Source of the DNA: Ranitomeya imitator
Lineage: Eukaryota
Reading direction: 5' to 3'
Assembly (NCBI RefSeq): GCF_032444005.1
Contig: NC_091288.1
Coordinates: 215,574,001-215,638,000, forward strand
DNA: 64,000 bases
The notes below the pieces were generated by a model. The model was not told where the DNA came from. It did not search any database and saw nothing but the letters and a program-made list of their open reading frames with translations. This document shows, one piece after another, positions 47,719-60,184 of the stretch. Within the stretch, counting starts at the first letter, position 1. Each line of letters starts with the position of its first letter. The position numbers were made by a program, and so were the translations under genes.

Positions 47719-50700
47719 TCACAGTCTGTGGGTTTCATAGGAAATGTAGAAGTCTCCATCTTGCAAAAGAGAAAAAAAAGTGAGAAAAAGCAGGAAAAAG
47801 TGTTAGGCCGGGGTCACACTAGTCTGTAATACGGACATGCGGGAAAAAATCTCACCATATGGATGAGAAAAAAACGCATCCTGGCATCGCACACGGATGA
47901 GGTACGGATTACAATGACAGCAGAAAGTGGGACTATATACAATGCCCATATAATACCGCCATACCGCGCCCAATTACTAGCACCAGTGCACAAAAGAATC
48001 TATATACAATGACCTAATAAAACCGCCATATGCTAATACCATAAAGTACACAATAGTATCAATATACAATTACCATGTTAGGCTACGTTCATATTTGCGT
48101 TGTTGGGCGCAGCGTCGTCGACGCATACCGATGCATGCGTCATGCGCCCCTATCTTTAACATGGGGGGCGCAAGGACATGCGCCGGTATGCGTTGTATTG
48201 CGTTTTACGACGCATGCGTCATATTGACGCACAGACAGGGCGCAGAGGACGCTACTGCGTTTTCCCTGCGCCGAAATTCCTGCTCTGTACGATCTTATGA
48301 CAACGCATGCGTGGCAAAACGCTGCGTTGTGTACATGCGTTGTTGGTTGCTGCGCCCAACAATGCAAATGTGAACGTTACCTAATACCACCAAGTAATAG
48401 CACCATAGCAGCACAGTTATTTGAGCAGTGTATGGCGGTATTATTTGGCTAGCAGCACAGTCATTAGAGCAGTGTATAGTGGTATTATTTGCGTACTAGC
48501 ACAATCGTTAGAGCAGTGTATGGCTGTATTATTTGGGTAGTAGCACAGTCGTTAGAGCAGTGTATGGCGGTATTATTTGGGTGGTAGCAGTCGTTAGAGC
48601 AGTGTATGGCGGTATTATTTGGGTAGTAGCACAGTCGTTAGAGCAGTGCATGGCGGTATTATTTGGGATGTAGCACAGTTGTTAGTGCAGTGTATGGCGG
48701 TATTATTTGGGTAGTAGCACAGTTGTTAGTGCAGTGTATGGCGGTATTATTTGGGTAGTAGCACAGTCGTTAGAGCAGTGTATGGCGGAATTATTTGGGT
48801 AGTAACAGAGTCGTTAGAGCAGTGTATGGTGGTATTATTTGGGTAGTAGCAGTTATTTGAGCAGTGTATGGGGGTAATAATTTGGGTAGTAGGACAGTTA
48901 TTTGTGCAGTGTATAGTGGTATTATTTGAGTAGTAGCAGTTGATAAGGCAGTGCATAGTGGTATTATTTGGGTAGTAGCACAGTCGTTAAAGCAGTGTAT
49001 GGCGGTATTATTTGGGTAGTAGCACAGTTCTTAGAGCAGTGTATGGAGGTATTATTTGGGTAGTAGTACATTTGTCAGACCAGTGTATGGCGGTATTATT
49101 TGGGTAGTAGCACAGTTGTTAGAGCAGTATATGGCAGTATTATTTGGGTAGTAGCACAGTTGTTAGAGCAGTGTATGGCGGTATTATTTGGGTAGTAGCA
49201 CAGTTGTTAGAGCAGTATATGGCGGTATTATTTGGGTAGTAGCACAGTTGTTAGAGCAGTGTATGGCGGTATTATTTGGGTAGTAGCACAGTTGTTAGAG
49301 CAGTATATGGCAGTATTATTTGGGTAGTAGCACAGTTGTTAGAGCAGTGTATGGCGGTATTATTTGGGTAGTAGCACAGTTGTTAGAGCAGTATATGGCG
49401 GTATTATTTGGGTAGTAGCACAGTTGTTAGAGCAGTGTATGGCGGTATTATTTGGGTAGTAGCACAGTTGTTAGAGCAGTATATGGCAGTATTATTTGAG
49501 TAGTAGCACAGTTGTTAGAGCAGTGTATGGCGGTATTATTTGGCTAGCAGCACAGTCATTAGAGCAGTGTATAGTGGTATTATTTGCGTACTAGCACAAT
49601 CGTTAGAGCAGTGTATGGCTGTATTATTTGGGTAGTAGCACAGTCGTTAGAGCAGTGTATGGCGGTATTATTTGGGTGGTAGCAGTCGTTAGAGCAGTGT
49701 ATGGCGGTATTATTTGGGTAGTAGCACAGTCGTTAGAGCAGTGCATGGCGGTATTATTTGGGATGTAGCACAGTTGTTAGTGCAGTGTATGGCGGTATTA
49801 TTTGGGTAGTAGCACAGTTGTTAGTGCAGTGTATGGCGGTATTATTTGGGTAGTAGCACAGTCGTTAGAGCAGTGTATGGCGGAATTATTTGGGTAGTAA
49901 CAGAGTCGTTAGAGCAGTGTATGGTGGTATTATTTGGGTAGTAGCAGTTATTTGAGCAGTGTATAGTGGTATTTGGTATTAGTAGCACAGTTGTTGGAGC
50001 AGTGTATGGGGGTAATAATTTGGGTAGTAGGACAGTTATTTGTGCAGTGTATAGTGGTATTATTTGAGTAGTAGCAGTTGATAAGGCAGTGCATAGTGGT
50101 ATTATTTGGGTAGTAGCACAGTCGTTAAAGCAGTGTATGGCGGTATTATTTGGGTAGTAGCACAGTTCTTAGAGCAGTGTATGGAGGTATTATTTGGGTA
50201 GTAGTACATTTGTCAGACCAGTGTATGGCGGTATTATTTGGGTAGTAGCACAGTTGTTAGAGCAGTATATGGCAGTATTATTTGGGTAGTAGCACAGTTG
50301 TTAGAGCAGTGTATGGCGGTATTATTTGGGTAGTAGCACAGTTGTTAGAGCAGTATATGGCGGTATTATTTGGGTAGTAGCACAGTTGTTAGAGCAGTGT
50401 ATGGCGGTATTATTTGGGTAGTAGCACAGTTGTTAGAGCAGTATATGGCGGTATTATTTGGGTAGTAGCACAGTTGTTAGAGCAGTGTATGGCGTATTTG
50501 GGTAGAAGCACAGTTGTTAGAGCAGTGTATGGCGGTATTATTTAGGTGGTACATGGTGTGATTTCTTATCCCACATACCTTGTTCCTGTAGCTCCATGGA
50601 CACTTTCTGTGGCTGATGGGTAGTGGAGTCCGCCAGATTTGCCGTCCTTCCCTCATTCTGGTCCTCAGAGAATTTGTGTGGGGGGCGAACACAGTCTGGT

Positions 50701-53700
50701 TGGGAGTACAGAGGAGTCTCCATGTTTTCATAGGAATCTGCATCTGCTATTAAGAGTGGACATAGCTGGAGTAGCGGTGATACATCTGGTATGGGGCGGT
50801 AATATTTATTACGTGGGCGGCTGCTCTGATTGGTGGATGTGATCACACTCATCACATGATCTCTTCTCCGACCTTTGGTCACAGAGTCTCCCCGGCTTTA
50901 CAGTATCACACAGCCCCGCCCCTGCTGTCTCCTCCCCTTTTCTTCCTGACTCCGCCCATCGGCGGTTACCACAGAGCAGTGCATTGTGGGAGCTGGTCTG
51001 TAATACCACATGTCTGACAGCAGGTGTCGCTACACTGGGGCGATGGCTTCTCACCTTCGTCTCGTGTCGCCCCCTCGTCTGCAGGACCCTCGGCCTTCGC
51101 CCGGACACAGATGGATCCTTTCATGTCTTCATACGACTGGGACCCTGAGACACGAGAAGAACATGGATGAAGTGGCCCCATTCTTATATCACAGCATCTC
51201 CCACCCAAGCCCATGTCCTGCTGGTTCCTGGGCCGCACCCTCAGAGCCATCTTTAATTTCTTCATTGGTGTTCTCATAGCAGTCGCCATCTAGAAAACAG
51301 AAGAGGAGGCGTCAGCCATGTTACCTGCACCCGGGACAGAGCACGGACTTCACCCCCCGTCCCACCGTCACTTATAACAGTTTAATATAAACTTATACAT
51401 TCACATTTGCTTTACTTTTTTTTATATTTTAGTTTTTTATGTAAATATTGTATTACCCTAAACCTGACACTAGTACTATCCTTAGTCAGCCCTAATCCTT
51501 GTCCTAGCCCTAACCAAAATCCTAATCCTAGCTTAAATCCTACAGTTATCCCTAGTCCTAGCCTTCATCAGAGGCCTAGCTCGTGGACTAATACTAACCC
51601 TAGTCTTAATCCTAACCCTACTACTAACTCTGTAGTCAGAACCCTAGCTCCAGTCCTAATTCTAATCCTAATCAGAACCCTAACCCCAGTCGTAATTCTA
51701 GTCCTATCCCTAACCAAAGTCCTAATCCCAAATCTAGTCCTAACTTTAACCCTAGTCCTTGTAATCGTAGTCCTTACTCTATCCCTAGACTTAATCCTAA
51801 CTCTACTACTAACACCGTAGTCAGAACCCTAACTCCAGTCCAAATTCTAATCCTAATGCTAACTCTAATCACCCTAATCCCAGTCCTAATCATAGCCCTG
51901 TCCTAATCCTAAATCTAGTCCTAACTTTAAACCCTAGTCCTAATTTTAACCCTGGTCCTTACTCTAACCCTAGTCTTAATCCTAACCCTGGTACATAAAC
52001 TGTAGTCATAACCATAACCTTAGTCCCAACTCTAACCCTAACTCTAATTCTAACCCTACTCCTAAATCTAACACTAATCCTAGCCCTAAATCTAACCCTA
52101 ATCAGAACCCTAACCCCAGTCCTAATTCTAGTCCTAGCCCTAACCAAAGACCTAATCATAAATCAAGTCCTACTTTTAACCCTAGTCCACATAATCCTGA
52201 CTGTGTGGCGTCAGCTGATCCCTAATCGCCGTGGCATGCGCTTAGGGATCAGCTGACGCCGCACAGTCTGAAGAAGGCGGAGGGAGATGAGTGACAGGCG
52301 AAGATATGCACAGCGCATGGCCATGAATCCCAGCCCCGCAGTGTGAATAAATCAGAAGACAGGGTCGTCCATCTGGCTAATCGTTACTCGGACGCGTCCG
52401 CTCTTCGCCAGTCATTACACTGGCTGCCCATTCATTACAGGATACAATTCAAAGTACTTGTTCTCACCCACAAAGCTCTCCACAGTGCGGCCCCCCTTAC
52501 ATCTCCTCCCTCATTTCTGTCTATCGGACTAACCGACCGCTGCGCTCTGCAAATGACTTTCGACTAACCTCTGCAGTAATCCATACCTCCCACTCCCGAC
52601 TCCAAGACTTCTCCCGTGCTGCGCCAATCCTCTGGAATGCTCTACCCCAAGATATTAGGACCATCCACAATTTGCATAGTTTTAGGCGCTCGCTCAAAAC
52701 ACATTTGTTCAGAGCGGCCTACCACGTTCCCTAATCAAAGTCATTTTATGTTTGTGTGTGTGTGTAGCCCATTCACTATCTCCATCTATCCCCCACCCCC
52801 TGAAGATGGTCGGACCCTCATTGTAAATACATCATTGTAAATACACACCTGTACTTTGTATCTCCCCCACCTCATTGTAGATTGTAAGCTCTCACGAGCA
52901 GGGGCGGCTTATTGTGCTTTATTATTGTATTGTTAACGTTGTTACTTATGACTTTTGTGTTCGAAACTGTTAAACTGTAAAGCGCTGCGGAATATGTCGG
53001 CGCTATATAAATAAAGATTATTATTATTATTATTATTAATGGTGTTGCAGCCTCTATGTCCTTTCAGTAAAGGTGAAGTGTATATAGTGACAGACATGTG
53101 ACACTTAGATCGCACACAGGTGGACGTTTTGTCACTACGCATGGGACTTATGAAGAGAATTGCTTCATCCCAACAGGAGTGAATACATATGCAAATGCCA
53201 ATTTTTAGTTATTTCATCCCATAAATTTAATTTATGCCGGTATTTTTTTCTAATTTCACCAACTTCGACTACTTAGTGCTGATGCATCGCACACAAATCA
53301 GGTTACAAAAATATTTACACACAGGTTGTTATATAACAAAATAGCTAAAAAAAACCCAAGGGGTGTGAATACTTTTGCAAGCCATTGTACTTCTAACACT
53401 AACTGTCAGTAATATAACCCCTGTCCTAATCCTAGTACTAGCCCTAGTCCTAACTCCACTCAAACCCTACCCCAATCTTAATAATAGTCAAAAGTCCTAA
53501 TCCTAAATATAGTCCTAACTTTAACCCTAGTCCTAACACTAGCCCTGAATAAGTCTAGTCCTAAATCTAACTCTAGTCTTAATCCCAACCCTACGTCTAA
53601 CACTAACTATGGTCAGAACCCTAACCACAGTCCTAGCGCTAAACCTAGTCCTAACCCTAATCAGAGCCCTATCCCCAGTCCTAACTCTAGGACTATAACA

Positions 53701-56700
53701 TGCAGATTATTATATACGTAGGGATTTTGTATTGTCTTCTTTACAGCTCACCCATTAGGTCACTGTCTATTCTCTCACAAAATTACAAGTGAGCGTTGAG
53801 GCGGGGAGCTGCGAAAAAGCACGGTGCAGCTTCTGTCATCTCAGTTGCTGCCTACGCAGAGCGCAGGAGTCAAGATGAGTTTGTAATTGGTTGCTGAGCT
53901 CTGCATAGCAAATCTCACGTAATTATACCGAGTGTTACCTATGCAGTCCTCATGGTCGTCCCGATCCTTGGTGGGGTCCTCATAGCAGCCGCTTGCTGGT
54001 GAGAGAGGGTATTACACGTGTATTTGTGAGGGGGCAAAAATTATGAAGGAAGAGCGGAGGAAGGAGCAAAAATCATAAGTAAACCGTTCTCACCGACGGA
54101 CGCCTGATCCCCTCCTTCAGCCATCGGCTCCAAATAGGAATCACCGCCTGGAAATGACATCATAAAGCAATTAAAGGGGAAGTCCGGGGATCGGAACGCG
54201 TCAGGGAGTTGTGCTGCCGAGAATATAGCTCACAGAGGAATTTTTCTCAGTCACTGACAACAAGCAGAGGTCTTGAAAATAGTTTGGAATTAAAATGGAG
54301 TTGGAAAGTTGCAGAACCTTTGCAGCGCTCACGTCCCTTTAATGCGGCTGGTTGTTATAATGGTTATAATGGTTTCTAACTGAACTCTGGAGACGATCAG
54401 AGAAATGTTTTTGAGGCAAAGAAATTGGGGAAGCGTGACACAAAAACAAGAGCAGAAAAGAGAAAAAAAAAAGTCGTTTCCTCTTCTGTTCTGACTGTTC
54501 GGGGAGGATGGCGCTCAAATAACTTCACTGATGAAATTACTGATACTGGGGGGGGGGAGACAGAGAAATGGAGGACGGGGGGGGGGTCCAAGGTCTCATA
54601 AGTGACTCTAGACATGGAGACAACCGAGTCGGTGGATCCCGTGGAACAGAAATGGAGACTGAGAGGAGCACGACAAAACTGAGGCATGTGCTTCACTGTC
54701 ATGGAGGGGCACAAAGAAGCCCCTCAGCCTACCCTTCAGGAACATGGCAGCAGACCCTTCTTCCCACCTGGACCTCTGCCGTTTGTCCACCATTCACCGG
54801 TCATTCCGCACTCGGCTCCACTAGAGATCCCCTTATCGCTAACCCCCTTAGAACCAGACGACGGGGAGCAACTTGAGAATGAGGCCTGTAAACATTAACT
54901 GCCCTGGACCCCCCGGGACATTACCATTACCAGATAACTGCCCCGGACCCCCCGGGACATTACCATTACCAGATAACTGCCCCGGACCCCCCGGGACATT
55001 ACCATTACCAGATAACTGCCCTGGACCCCCCAGGGACATTACCATTACCAGATAACTGCCCCGGACCCCCCGGGACATTACCATTACCAGATAACGGCCC
55101 TGGACCCCCCGGGACATTACCATTACCAGATAACTGCCCTGAACCCCCCAGGACATTACCATTACCAGATAACTGCCCCGGACCCCCCGGGACATTACCA
55201 TTACCAGATAACTGCCCTGGACCCCCCGGGACATTACCATTACCAGATAACGGCCCTGGACCCCCCGGGACATTACCATTACCAGATAACTGCCCTGGAC
55301 CCCCCGGGACATTACCATTACCAGATAACTGCCCTGGACCCCCTGGGACATTACCATTACCAGATAACTGCCCTGGACCCCCCGGGACATTACCATTACC
55401 AGATAACTGCCCTGGACCTCTAGAGCTTTCCTGAGTTACTATTTAGGCATTATATGGCGGTGTTATTGTGATCCTGATTTAGTTCTTTTTTAGGGGACTT
55501 GATGGCATTATTACTTGGGCACCATGTGGAGGTATGTGGTGTGGGCACTATTAAGACATTAATATCTGTGTTAAAGGTATGCATCTAATTCACATTATAC
55601 ATACTGGTATGATTAAATGACCCAATAATGAGGAGCCCCATGTTAATACTCCCAGAATGACATTTTCTATTTAACCGCCATCTGGCTGCCGTCTGTTATC
55701 TGTGATTTCCATTTATCTAACATAATCTGCTCAATTTAACATGAAGCTGAGAATGTATAAAAGGCCTGAAGAACCAATCAGGAGGAGAACAGAGGTGAGG
55801 CCTGAAGAATCAGACAGGAGGAGACCAGAGGTGACGCCTGAAGAACTAATCAGGAGGAGAACAGAGGTGAGGCCTGAAGAAGCGGTCAGGAGGAGACCAG
55901 AGGCGAGCCCTGAAGAACCAGACAGGAGGAGACCAATGATGAGGCCTGAAGAACCAGACAGAAGGAGACCAGAGGTGAGGCCTGAAGAACTGGACAGGAG
56001 GAGACCAATGATGAGGCCTGAAGAACCAGAGGGGGAGACCAGTGATGAGCCCTGAAGAACCAGATAGGAGGAGACCAGTGGTGAGGACTGAAGAAACGGA
56101 CAGGAGGAGACCAGAGGTGAGACTTGATTAATCGGACAGGAGGAGAACAGAGGTGAGGCCTGAAGAAGCGGACAGGAGGAGCCCAGAGGCAAGGCCTGAA
56201 GAACCGGACAGGTGGAGAACAGATGTGAGGTCTGAAGAACTGAACAGGAGGAAACCAGAAGTGAGGCCTGAAGAACCGGACAGAAGGAGACCAGATGTGA
56301 GGTCTGAAGAATTTACAGGAGAGACAAGAGGTGAGGCCTGAAGAACTGGACAGGAGGAGGTCAGAGATGAGGCCTGAAGAACCAGACAGGAGGAGACCAG
56401 ATGTGAGGTCTGAAGAATTTACAGGAGGAGACAGGAGGTGAGGCCTGAAAAACTGGACAGGAGGAGCCCAGAGGCAAGGCCTGAAGAACCGGACAGGTGG
56501 AGACCAGATGTGAGGTCTGAAGAACTGAACAGGAGGAGCCCAGATGTGAGGTCTGAAGAATTTACAGGAGGAGGCAAGAGGTGAGGCCTGAAGAACTGGA
56601 CAGGAGGAGACCAGATGTGAGGTCTGAAGAATTTACAGGAGGAGGCAAGAGGTGAGGCCTGAAGAACTGGACAGGAGGAGACCAGATGTGAGGTCTGAAG

Positions 56701-59700
56701 AATTTACAGGAGGAGACCAGATGTGAGGTCTGAAGAACTGAACAGGAGGAGCCCAGATGTGAAGTCTGAAGAATTTACAGGAGGAGGCAAGAGGTGAGGC
56801 CTGAAGAACTGAACAGGAGGAGACCAGATGTGAGGTCTGAAGAATTTACAGGAGGAGGTCAGAGGTGAGGCCTGAAAAACTGGACAGGAGGAGGTCAGAG
56901 GTGAGGCCTGAAGAAGTCACCGGCGCTCTGTAAATCTCCCAGTAACACATCGCCTGCTGCTCAGGCGTTCGAGCGCTACCCAGGATCCCGGACATGTAAT
57001 GAGACCGCGCTGCACTCACCCAGAGACAGGAAGGAGCTCTTGTCTGAGTAACAATCATTACCAACAACTTTCGATGGAGACACGTTCTGGTAGGTGAAGT
57101 CCTGATCCTTGTGGGCGACGTCTGATCGGTGGTGGCACAAAGAATAAAAAGATGATGGTAATTATTAGTATTGTTGGTGTCATCATCATAGACACGAAGA
57201 AAAAGAGGATGTGAACTAAAAAGTGGGAAATTACAAAAAAAGAAAAATAGGAAGAAAGGAAAAAAGGAGAAAACGAAGACAGGAAATAAAAAAAGGAAAA
57301 TACAAAGAGATAAAGAAGGCAGGAAATAAAAAAAGGAGAACGCAAAGAAGGAAAAACACGAGAAAAACAAGATGAGAAAAAAAAGTAAAATGCAAAGAAA
57401 AGAAGAAAGAAAATGTAAAAAAAAAGGAATGTGAAATATGTAGACGGAAAAAAGGGAGAAGAGAACGAGGAGGGATTGATTGGGAGCAGTCGTGGGGTCT
57501 CCCAGCACGTGGCGGTACCTGTCTGGGGGCTGATGGAGTCTGCGTAGAGGTTCCTGGCGGCTGAGCTCATCTTGAAGAAACTGATGAGGAGAGAAAATTA
57601 CTTTGTGGGTGATAGATAAACCCGCTGACATCACAGAGAGAGGACGTGTCCCAGAGATGGCGCCGTACAAGGGGCACAATCCGGTGCCCCCTCCCCTGTG
57701 TCCGGAGCACCTCACGTGGTCGTCCTGCCCCCACACAGTAAGAGAAGCTCAATATTTCTATTACAGGGGAGAGGAAATAAAGGGAGATCCGGAGATGGCG
57801 GATGCAGCGGCACCACTGATAGCTGCAGGATCTCGTACGTGGCAGCGGCACCGCTGATAGCTGCAGGGTCTCGTACATGGCAGCGGCACCGCTGATAGCT
57901 GCAGGGTCTCGTACGTGGCAGCGGCACCGCTGATAGCTGCAGGGTCTCATACGTGGCAGCGGCACCGCTGATAGCTGCAGGGTCTCGTACGTGGCAGCGG
58001 CACCACTGATAGCTGCAGGATCTCGTACGTGGCAGCGGCGCCGCTGATAGCTGCAGGGTCTCATACGTGGCAGCGGCACCGCTGATAGCTGCAGGGTCTC
58101 GTACATGGCAGCGGCACTGCTGATAGCTGCAGGGTCTCGTACGTGGCAGCGGCACCGCTGATAGCTGCAGGGTCTCGTACGTGGCAGCGGCACCGCTGAT
58201 AGCTGCAGGGTCTCATACGTGGCAGCGGCACCGCTGATAGCTGCAGGGTCTCGTACGTGGCAGCGGCACCGCTGATAGCTGCAGGGTCTCGTACGTGGCA
58301 GCAGCACCGCTGATAGCTGCAGGGTCTCGTACGTGGCAGCGGCACCGCTGATAGCTGCATGGTCTTGTACGTGGCAGCGGCACCACTGATAGCTGCAGGG
58401 TCTCGTACGTGGCAGCGGCACCGCTGATAGCTGCATGGTCTCGTACGTGGCAGCGGCGCCGCTGATAGCTGCAGGGTCTTGTACGTGGCAGCGGCACTCA
58501 CCTGTTCTTGGCGCGTCTCCTCGCTCTCCTTCCTGTAATAAGACATGGAGTATAATGGTCACTCGCATTTCCTTGGATTGTTAGCGGTAAATCTGACTCT
58601 GTGAATCGCCACCATTACTGCGCCACTAAGCACCATATTCGGCAGCCATATTGGTTGTCACAAAAGCAATTCACTCATATTTCTGAATAGTATCTCTTAG
58701 GCGATGTTCACACTGAGATTTTTTTTTAGTAATTTTGTTTTAAGTCAGATTGTCGCCCAAAAAAACACTTGGAAAACTCTCATTCATTTCTTTGGGAAAT
58801 CCTCTTTTCTGGTCAGATGAGGAGGTTTTAAGGTTTTTTTTTTTACCTGAAGAGATGTGGAAAAAAACAAAACAGATGTTAAAAAAAATGGTCTGGGAAG
58901 TGGAATCTGATGGAATCCACTCCATACTGGGCACTATCCAATCAGAAGGCTGCAAAAAAAAAAAAAACGAAAACAAAAATTTTCCAGAAATGAAAAAAAT
59001 TGCTTCAAAAATTCCTTAAAAAAGAGCGCGTAAAAGACTCGTCATTTCAAAACGCCTCAAAAAACCTCCGTGTGAACACGGCCTTAGAATACGCTACAGC
59101 AGTGATCACATTCATCTGACACAGACTTGTTACAGGAAAACGCTCCGATACACTGCAACGAACCCCACACTTTTGCAAGCAAGAGATGATGGAGATTGAT
59201 TTTGAGGCCCGTGAGCGCGGACATTGTGTCCGTTCACTGACAACAAGCAGAGATTTTGAAACTGGAAGCACAAAGCCTCCAAGAAAGTGACGTGTGGGAG
59301 TTTTCTGCTGCGGGGTCATGATAACATATCGATTCCCGGGTACGGTGACACGCACTGTGTCTTATGCTTACGAAGCCGCCCGCGAGCAGCAGGCCGAGCA
59401 GCGCAGAGGACGATGCCACCGCCATGACGATCCAGTATCGCTCCTTCAGGAACAGCTGCCATCCTGCCAGGAGGAAACAAGACAAGTCAGCGAGCTGCGG
59501 GGTCTCCACCGTCGTATCCCATATGTGTGGTTTATGGGAATCACCACATCAGGACTCCATCATGGCGCCCTGGTCGGCCCCCACGGCCATCCCTGAACCA
59601 CACGGCAGCCCGTCCGTCCAGTTATCTCACCTGTCGCGTTGCCGTGCGGAGGCGACCATCGACATGTCGCGTTTAACATCTTTGTCATATTGCTACCCCC

Positions 59701-59888
59701 AGAATCCTCGTCAATGATGGAGGTGATGATGAACGATGGCCCCTTCCTCATCACCTTGACGCTCAGCTGAGGCCCCGCTCTTTGCACCATGGCAATCACC
59801 TCGTCACCTCTGGACCATTGCACCCTGGTCCAGGTCCTCGGGGCGCGGCAGGCGATCCGCTGCTCCTCCACATCATCCAGCTCACTAT
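47719..59888 (-). CDS. CD19: B-lymphocyte antigen CD19 orthologue (Ig-like exon, TM exon, tyrosine-motif cytoplasmic tail)
   Basis: Exons (high-low): 59888-59631 (Ig-like, C..W), 59463-59356 (TM YWIVMAVASSSALLGLLLAGGFV), 58532-58502 (RRARRRAKN), 57580-57519 (FFKM..LYADS), 57121-57020 (YQNV), 54147-54094 (YLEP), 51289-51239 (YENT), 51144-51055 (GSQSYEDMKG), 50743-50579 (DADSYENM), 47759-47719. Splice phases are consistent. GSQSYEDM and DADSYENM match human CD19 (GSQSYEDMRG, DADSYENMD). AATAAA signals at about 47180-47196. Confidence 0.85.
48081..48381. mobile_element. PIF/Harbinger-type MITE (~300 bp) in the last CD19 intron
   Basis: Imperfect TIR GGCTACGTTCAYATTTGCRTTGTTGGGCGCAGC, flanked by TTA and TAA. 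Confidence 0.75.
48410..50545. repeat. 44 bp minisatellite (AGCACAGTTGTTAGAGCAGTGTATGGCGGTATTATTTGGGTAGT), ~48 copies
   Basis: Direct tandem units in the last CD19 intron. Confidence 0.96.
52345..53037 (+). mobile_element. L2-type LINE 3' end
   Basis: RYSDASALRQSLHWLPIHYRIQFK..., frameshifted into ...SRAAPILWNALP..SFRRSLKTHLF; ends AATAAAG(ATT)n. Confidence 0.85.
53040..53389 (+). mobile_element. Tc1-like right-end fragment
   Basis: Ends GGGGTGTGAATACTTTTGCAAGCCATTG-TA, with an inner repeat GTGAATACATATGCAA, typical of Tc1 IR/DR ends. Confidence 0.6.
54885..55420. repeat. 39 bp minisatellite (CCCCGGGACATTACCATTACCAGATAACTGCCCTGGACC), ~14 copies
   Basis: Period 39 measured at 55201 and 55240. 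Confidence 0.95.
55760..56915. repeat. ~36 bp purine-rich minisatellite (GAGGTGAGGCCTGAAGAACCAGACAGGAGGAGACCA)
   Basis: Degenerate tandem units within a CD19 intron. Confidence 0.9.
57800..58497. repeat. 38 bp minisatellite (GTACGTGGCAGCGGCACCGCTGATAGCTGCAGGGTCTC), ~18 copies
   Basis: Period 38 measured at 57901 and 57939; each unit has an internal inverted repeat (CAGCGG/CCGCTG). Confidence 0.95.
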
Positions 59889-60184
59889 CTGTGGGGAAGA
59901 AAGAGGAGCTGTGGGGCGGAGAAAGTGCCGGGGCCAGGAATACGGGACAACAGCGATGGAAGCGACGACAGCACCAAAGAGGCCGTCATCACCGGGCAAC
60001 AGGGCGAAAGGCCCCACATGTTATGGACCATAGCCCCCCAACAGGCTCACTCTTACTGCCCCAAACAACTTTATTAATCATCATAAGAACAACAAGAATC
60101 TCCACCATCATCAAATAAATCTAATGAAAAGCTCCACACACTGTGGGACCACCGCACACAGAGATATCGGCAGGAGCATCCCAC

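Larger units (their letters stand above)
51466..53697. repeat. Degenerate telomere-like hexamer tract (CCCTAA/CCTAAT/CCTAGT) in two parts, 51466-52195 and 53392-53697
   Basis: 6 bp periodic C-rich tract with exact CCCTAA units, interrupted by L2 and Tc1 fragments. Confidence 0.7.

Noticed and set aside
54397-54898. Short ORFs on both strands in a CD19 intron
   Set aside because: No phase-compatible open exon and no recognisable homology.
55741-56341. Trichohyalin-like EVRPEEPDRRRP repeat ORFs
   Set aside because: Interrupted by stops and frameshifts, antisense within a CD19 intron, and without splice signals.
59356-59463. ADAM10-like reading of the TM exon, and the GTAAGC donor at 59371
   Set aside because: There are no metalloprotease or disintegrin exons and the tail motifs are CD19-type. 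The 59371 donor is phase 0 and breaks the frame with the next exon, whereas the 59355 donor keeps it.
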